Positions 60,571 through 64,000 of a DNA stretch of 64,000 nt are shown piece by piece. The notes beneath the pieces are model-generated. The model was not told the origin of the DNA, ran no database searches, and saw only the letters and a program-made list of their open reading frames with translations. The DNA comes from Candidatus Hemicellulosilyticus sp. P3. GTDB lineage: Bacteria; Bacteroidota; Bacteroidia; Bacteroidales; P3. The first letter of the stretch is position 1. The number at the start of each line of letters is the position of its first letter. The stretch is from the NCBI GenBank assembly GCA_001543385.1, contig LPNH01000005.1, forward strand, positions 17,680 to 81,679, in the 5' to 3' direction. A program made the translations under genes and the position numbers.

Positions 60571-61462
60571 GACATCCGATATTCCCACCATCAAATTAGT
60601 CACGCTGATGAAAAGCCATCATGTTGATTACCGCATAATCTACGCAGACGAACTTACGGACGTAAAATGGGATTTATTAAATGATAATTTGAGAGTAAAT
60701 AATATTGACGTTTTGTCCTGTAAATCCGTTTGGTTCCGCAGACCATGTTTCGATTCGTATATTCATTTGGTGAGTGGTGACTTGATTTCTGATTTCACAA
60801 AACATCTAATACAAGAAAAAAAAGTGTTGTTTGACGCAATTCTTTCCAAAATATTTGATGTTTGTCCCAAACATATAGGGAATCCTCTATTTCAAAATAC
60901 AAATAAATTAGATGTTTTACAGAAAGCAAAAAAGTGTGGATTTCAAATTCCAGAAACAATTATTACAACAAACAAGAAAACACTTGCGAATAAACCTTAT
61001 GTTTCCAAACCGATAAGTGAGGTCTTTGTGAGAGATATTGATGGATGTTTATGTTATTCATACACCGAAAACATTAAACTTTCTGAAGTTCAACAGAAAT
61101 TTCATTATGCATTATTCCAAGAAAAAATAAAAAAAGAATTCGAATGTAAGGCGATTTTCTTGAATGGTAAAACATATGCAATGGCCATGGTACCTCAAAC
61201 AGCGGAATCAATGACAGACATTAGAAATTATTCTCTGGGCAGTATGGTAATGTATAGTCCTGTTTCTTTGTCAAAACCCATTTGTATCAAACTCGAAGAA
61301 CTCTTTGGTTGTCTTAATTTAAACTTTGGAATAGTAGACTTAATTATTGATGAAACCACGTGTTATTTTACTGAGATAAATCCAATTGGGCAATTTGACG
61401 ATATTGTTCAATGTGGAAACTATCCTGTTTATGACGAAATATTGAAATATCTTGAATCATGA
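60551..61462 (+). CDS. ATP-grasp ribosomal peptide maturase-like protein
   Basis: MILILSETSD...WFRR..., NKLDVLQKAKKCGFQIPETII, FQEKIKKEFECKAIFLNGKTYAM, DIRNY and LNFGIVDLIIDETTCYFTEINPIGQF follow the pattern of RiPP ATP-grasp ligases (..fGsiDli....yyFlEvNP.GQf). Confidence 0.8.
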   Translation: MILILSETSDIPTIKLVTLMKSHHVDYRIIYADELTDVKWDLLNDNLRVNNIDVLSCKSVWFRRPCFDSYIHLVSGDLISDFTKHLIQEKKVLFDAILSKIFDVCPKHIGNPLFQNTNKLDVLQKAKKCGFQIPETIITTNKKTLANKPYVSKPISEVFVRDIDGCLCYSYTENIKLSEVQQKFHYALFQEKIKKEFECKAIFLNGKTYAMAMVPQTAESMTDIRNYSLGSMVMYSPVSLSKPICIKLEELFGCLNLNFGIVDLIIDETTCYFTEINPIGQFDDIVQCGNYPVYDEILKYLES

Positions 61463-61593
61463 AGAATTTGCTTCTAAAAAAGAATTTATTGAGAGAAAAA
61501 GGAATTCCCATATATATGAAAAAAATGCGAATAATAGAAACCTCATATAAATTTATCCCTACATATTTTTACAAAGCAGTAAAAAAGTACTAA
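61459..61593 (+). CDS. 44-aa small ORF translationally coupled to both neighbours (speculative)
   Basis: Its ATG overlaps the ATP-grasp stop (tcATGA) and its TAA overlaps the next ATG (TAATG). The peptide is MKNLLLKKNLLREKGIPIYMKKMRIIETSYKFIPTYFYKAVKKY. It was not in the ORF track because it is under 60 aa. Confidence 0.3.
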   Translation: MKNLLLKKNLLREKGIPIYMKKMRIIETSYKFIPTYFYKAVKKY

Positions 61594-62462
61594 TGAATTC
61601 CATTCCGTTCACTAACAATAAAATTGTAACTGGAATTAGTCGCAGTATTGTTATTGATTTCAGCAATCATTCATACAGATTTATCAACGAGAAGAATAAT
61701 CCTCCGATAAAGGAAACAGAGTCCGCGTTTAAAGAGTCACAATTTGTTTCTCCGTACAAGATTGAACTAAGAGATTATCTGTCGGGGGCATACAGCTGTA
61801 TAATAGATATTAAACAAGCATTCTTTCATAATGAAACTGACATTTACAAACTTATTTGCAAAATGCCCATTAATTCCGTGCAACTACGTTGGCGTAGCAA
61901 TTACGACATAAAACCATTCTTGGATCGCTTATATAAAGCACATTCGATATTAAACATAGAATTGGTCACGGACTCTTATTCGAATAAAGTTGCAAAATTG
62001 TTATGTAAATTTCCGTTTCACTCCATTACACTTTTGGGGGAGAAAAAAAACGTCTTCAATGAATATATACCAAGACTGAATTATAATCCGTTTGAAGAAA
62101 ATAGACAAACTTTATCGTTTTACTTTAATTTACAATACTATATTGAAGCACATCATACTAACCCCTATTTTTTTCATAAAATCTACAAAGATGACGAGGG
62201 TAATATTTATAATTCACCAGAAACAAAGGAAATAATCGCAAGCGTATGTGAACCGATAGAGGACATTAGGAAGAAAATTTTATTTTATTATGCTCATACA
62301 CCTACGAGGTTTCCCCAAAATAAAATAAACATATGCCGACATTGTGAATTTAGGTATTCTTGTATGGACAATCGAATTCCTGTAAATAAAAAAGGAACAA
62401 TACAATACATAGAAGAGTGTTATTATAATCCATATACTATGCAATGGTTTGGAGGGAAGTAG
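61593..62462 (+). CDS. SPASM-type Cys-rich domain peptide-maturase-like protein lacking a radical-SAM CxxxCxxC motif
   Basis: The C-terminus INICRHCEFRYSCMDNR...ECYYNPYTMQW carries CxxCx5C plus a distal Cys, as in SPASM/twitch domains. The N-terminus (NNKIVTGISRSIVIDFSNHSYRFI) is of the type seen in ATP-grasp-associated SPASM proteins. No CxxxCxxC occurs anywhere. Confidence 0.72.
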   Translation: MNSIPFTNNKIVTGISRSIVIDFSNHSYRFINEKNNPPIKETESAFKESQFVSPYKIELRDYLSGAYSCIIDIKQAFFHNETDIYKLICKMPINSVQLRWRSNYDIKPFLDRLYKAHSILNIELVTDSYSNKVAKLLCKFPFHSITLLGEKKNVFNEYIPRLNYNPFEENRQTLSFYFNLQYYIEAHHTNPYFFHKIYKDDEGNIYNSPETKEIIASVCEPIEDIRKKILFYYAHTPTRFPQNKINICRHCEFRYSCMDNRIPVNKKGTIQYIEECYYNPYTMQWFGGK

Positions 62463-62550
62463 AAGTGTATATGATAATATTGACTTTAACTTTTGTTTGT
62501 TCAAGACTAAATAAAAAAGATAACATTAATATTTCCTTTTATTGACATGT

Positions 62551-62610
62551 ATTTTCAATTTTCGTGTTACTTTTTCGTTGTTTTTGCAACTAATTATTAT
62601 AGTGGGCGAC
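62551..62610 (+). promoter_or_regulatory. Repeat element R3 (core 62564-62610; TGCAAC-N16-CGAC at 62585-62610), upstream of the ECF sigma gene
   Basis: The core GTGTTACTTTTTCGTTGTTTTTGCAACTAATTATTATAGTGGGCGAC lies 124 nt upstream of ATG 62734. Confidence 0.55.
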
Positions 62611-62733
62611 CAAAGATGAGCCAACTATCCGACAGGAGGGCGACCGAAGAGGAGCCAATGTTGAGCAATCCGCCGGGTCGCCGCCCCAAAAACAGAAAGG
62701 ACTAATGATGGACTAAAGGCTGACACAACCTGA

Positions 62734-63240
62734 ATGAAAGTAGACGCGCGCCAACATACTGGATTCCTGAAGATGCTCCGCGAGTGCGAGGGCACCCTGA
62801 TAAAGGTATGTCTCTACTTCACCAACCGCCGCCGCGACGACTTCCGCGACCTCTACCAGGAAATCGCCTGCACCCTCTGGAAGGCGTGGCCTACCTTCCG
62901 CGGCGAAAGCGACCTCAACACATGGGTCACGCGTATCGCTCTCAACGTCTCCGGTCAGGAAATCCGCAAGCGGAAACGGCTGCCGCAGTTCGTGGAACTC
63001 GACGAATCCTTCTACGACATCCTCGCCGACGAAGCCACCGACCTATGCTACCATCGCCTCTACGACCTCATCGACCGCCTCGATGACGACGGCGAACGGA
63101 AACTGCTCTTCCTCTACCTCGACCGAAAACGCCTCCGAGAAATCGCCGAGATAACAGGCTCCACCGAAACAGCAGTGAAACAGAAACTCTACCGCATAAA
63201 ACAAAAGTTAAACGACCTCAAAACAGCAGAAGATGACTAA
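62734..63240 (+). CDS. ECF-type RNA polymerase sigma-70 family factor
   Basis: It has region 2 (DLYQEIACTLWKAWPTFRGESDLNTWVTRIALN) and a region 4 HTH (LREIAEITGSTETAVKQKLYRIKQKL). The length is 168 aa. Confidence 0.9.
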   Translation: MKVDARQHTGFLKMLRECEGTLIKVCLYFTNRRRDDFRDLYQEIACTLWKAWPTFRGESDLNTWVTRIALNVSGQEIRKRKRLPQFVELDESFYDILADEATDLCYHRLYDLIDRLDDDGERKLLFLYLDRKRLREIAEITGSTETAVKQKLYRIKQKLNDLKTAEDD

Positions 63241-63706
63241 TAAATCCATTCAAAAAGTCAATAAAGTGTCGCCCCCTAAAAGGGAGGTGAACACCACTGA
63301 AGAAAAATTAAATAAAATGAATACTACACGACCTCTCAGTTTGCCTGACACGCAGGGGAACGGCCTGCGACCTTGTGGAACTAACACCAAACTAAGCGCA
63401 GCGCAGTGTGGTGAAGAAGACAATAACACAATAACACTATCACACATTGACGCATTCGAGGAAGACGATATCTTCTCTGAACTCCGGTCCCTCTGGGACG
63501 AGCAGACCCGCCACATCGACCACATCCTCGCCACCCACCCCGAGGCTTATCCCGTCCGTCTCAACCTCCGTCACCGCCGCCCCTGGCGTCGCCTCATCAT
63601 GGCCGAATACCTCATCCTCGCCCTCCTCAACATCGCGGCCGGCATCTATACCCTCTTCGCCTTCCCTTCTTTCCCGACTATTACATTTCAAACCAATATT
63701 TCATAA
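63233..63706 (+). CDS. Small membrane protein co-transcribed with the ECF sigma (anti-sigma candidate)
   Basis: Its start overlaps the sigma stop (ATGACTAA). It has a single C-terminal TM helix (LIMAEYLILALLNIAAGIYTLFAF). The true start is uncertain; an internal ATG gives MNTTRPL. Confidence 0.5.
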   Translation: MTNKSIQKVNKVSPPKREVNTTEEKLNKMNTTRPLSLPDTQGNGLRPCGTNTKLSAAQCGEEDNNTITLSHIDAFEEDDIFSELRSLWDEQTRHIDHILATHPEAYPVRLNLRHRRPWRRLIMAEYLILALLNIAAGIYTLFAFPSFPTITFQTNIS

Positions 63707-63781
63707 GCCATAAAGGCCCCGAAGGGGAACCGAACACCTTAGAATTACAGCCGGTCATAGACTGTAAGCAAAGTGCCCATA

Positions 63782-63823
63782 AACAGGGCGCAGGTCTAAA
63801 TCAGCCTGCGCCCTGTTATTTTA
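63782..63823 (+). terminator. Rho-independent terminator after the sigma operon
   Basis: A 13-bp stem aacagggcgcagg / cctgcgccctgtt is followed by attttat. Confidence 0.65.
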
Positions 63824-64000
63824 TCTGTGGGCATTGACAATATCATTTCACATTCCGCAAGGTCAATGACTCCGGATTGTAAACATCCAATCCCTGACGA
63901 CCGTATCTTTAGCGAAGGGGGATGAATGTCGTTTGCGGCCCTGCTGCGACATCTCTGTCCCGTATGCGGCTACAGCATTGCACCAGCCTACCCTCCCGAA

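Larger units (their letters stand above)
56840..62610. other. AT-rich accessory island B between nifJ and the ECF sigma operon
   Basis: It is strongly AT-rich relative to nifJ and the sigma gene. It contains a truncated methyltransferase, three copies of a regulatory-looking repeat, and an ATP-grasp/SPASM cluster. Confidence 0.55.

Noticed and set aside
57863-62610. R1/R2/R3 as ends of an IS element or MITE
   Set aside because: All three copies are direct, not inverted. I found no terminal inverted repeats, target-site duplications or transposase, and each copy is positioned like a promoter in front of a gene.
63926-64000. A possible gene start (MSFAALLRHLCPVCGYSIAPAYPPE...) running off the window end
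   Set aside because: Only 25 codons are visible. A CPVC zinc-ribbon-like motif is suggestive but not enough to call a feature.
1-64000. A search for CRISPR arrays, rRNA or tRNA genes
   Set aside because: I saw no regularly spaced short direct repeats with unique spacers. No intergenic region in the core is long enough, or has the cloverleaf-type complementarity, to support an RNA gene call by eye. A tRNAscan/Infernal run would be the decisive check.

Overview
This window looks like a GC-rich Bacteroidota (Bacteroidales-like) chromosomal segment. The taxon call rests on a ~286-aa primary sigma factor, class II ProRS, TAnnTTTG -7 boxes, ExbB/ExbD clusters and the absence of Shine-Dalgarno sites. 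About 47 kb (3.06-49.6 kb) is ordinary housekeeping DNA: polA, pdxA, pepA, recF, ispH, lpdA, tpiA, proS, waaA, an Omp85 protein, exbBD, pepC x2, queG, nadC, cinA, rsmG, rpoD, ffh, folD, ybaK and others. Nearly every large GC-rich antisense ORF there is a shadow ORF. Three visibly AT-rich accessory segments interrupt this core. (i) 1-3.05 kb is the edge of an integrase-bearing element (AbiH-like fragment, BspA-type LRR protein, tyrosine recombinase) that truncates an HsdR/Res-like gene just downstream of polA. (ii) 49.87-53.24 kb is a ~3.3 kb island (ORF6N, Bro-N, lipoprotein, HNH_3 endonuclease) bracketed by 45-bp imperfect direct repeats that duplicate the nifJ leader and start codon. It also carries a repeated 54-nt mini-ORF/leader unit in front of its genes. 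(iii) 56.84-62.61 kb lies downstream of nifJ and holds a truncated cytosine-5 DNA methyltransferase plus two transcription units. Each unit is headed by a near-identical ~47-nt element containing TGCAAC-N15/16-CGAY, and a third copy heads the adjacent ECF sigma factor operon. The second unit is a graspetide-type RiPP-like cluster: a 71-aa candidate precursor, a perfect 15-bp attenuator hairpin, a membrane protein, an ATP-grasp peptide maturase, a coupled 44-aa sORF, and a SPASM-type protein lacking a radical-SAM CxxxCxxC motif. The main hypothesis is a cis-encoded ECF-sigma-controlled peptide-modification system. I recognised no rRNA, tRNA or CRISPR array.
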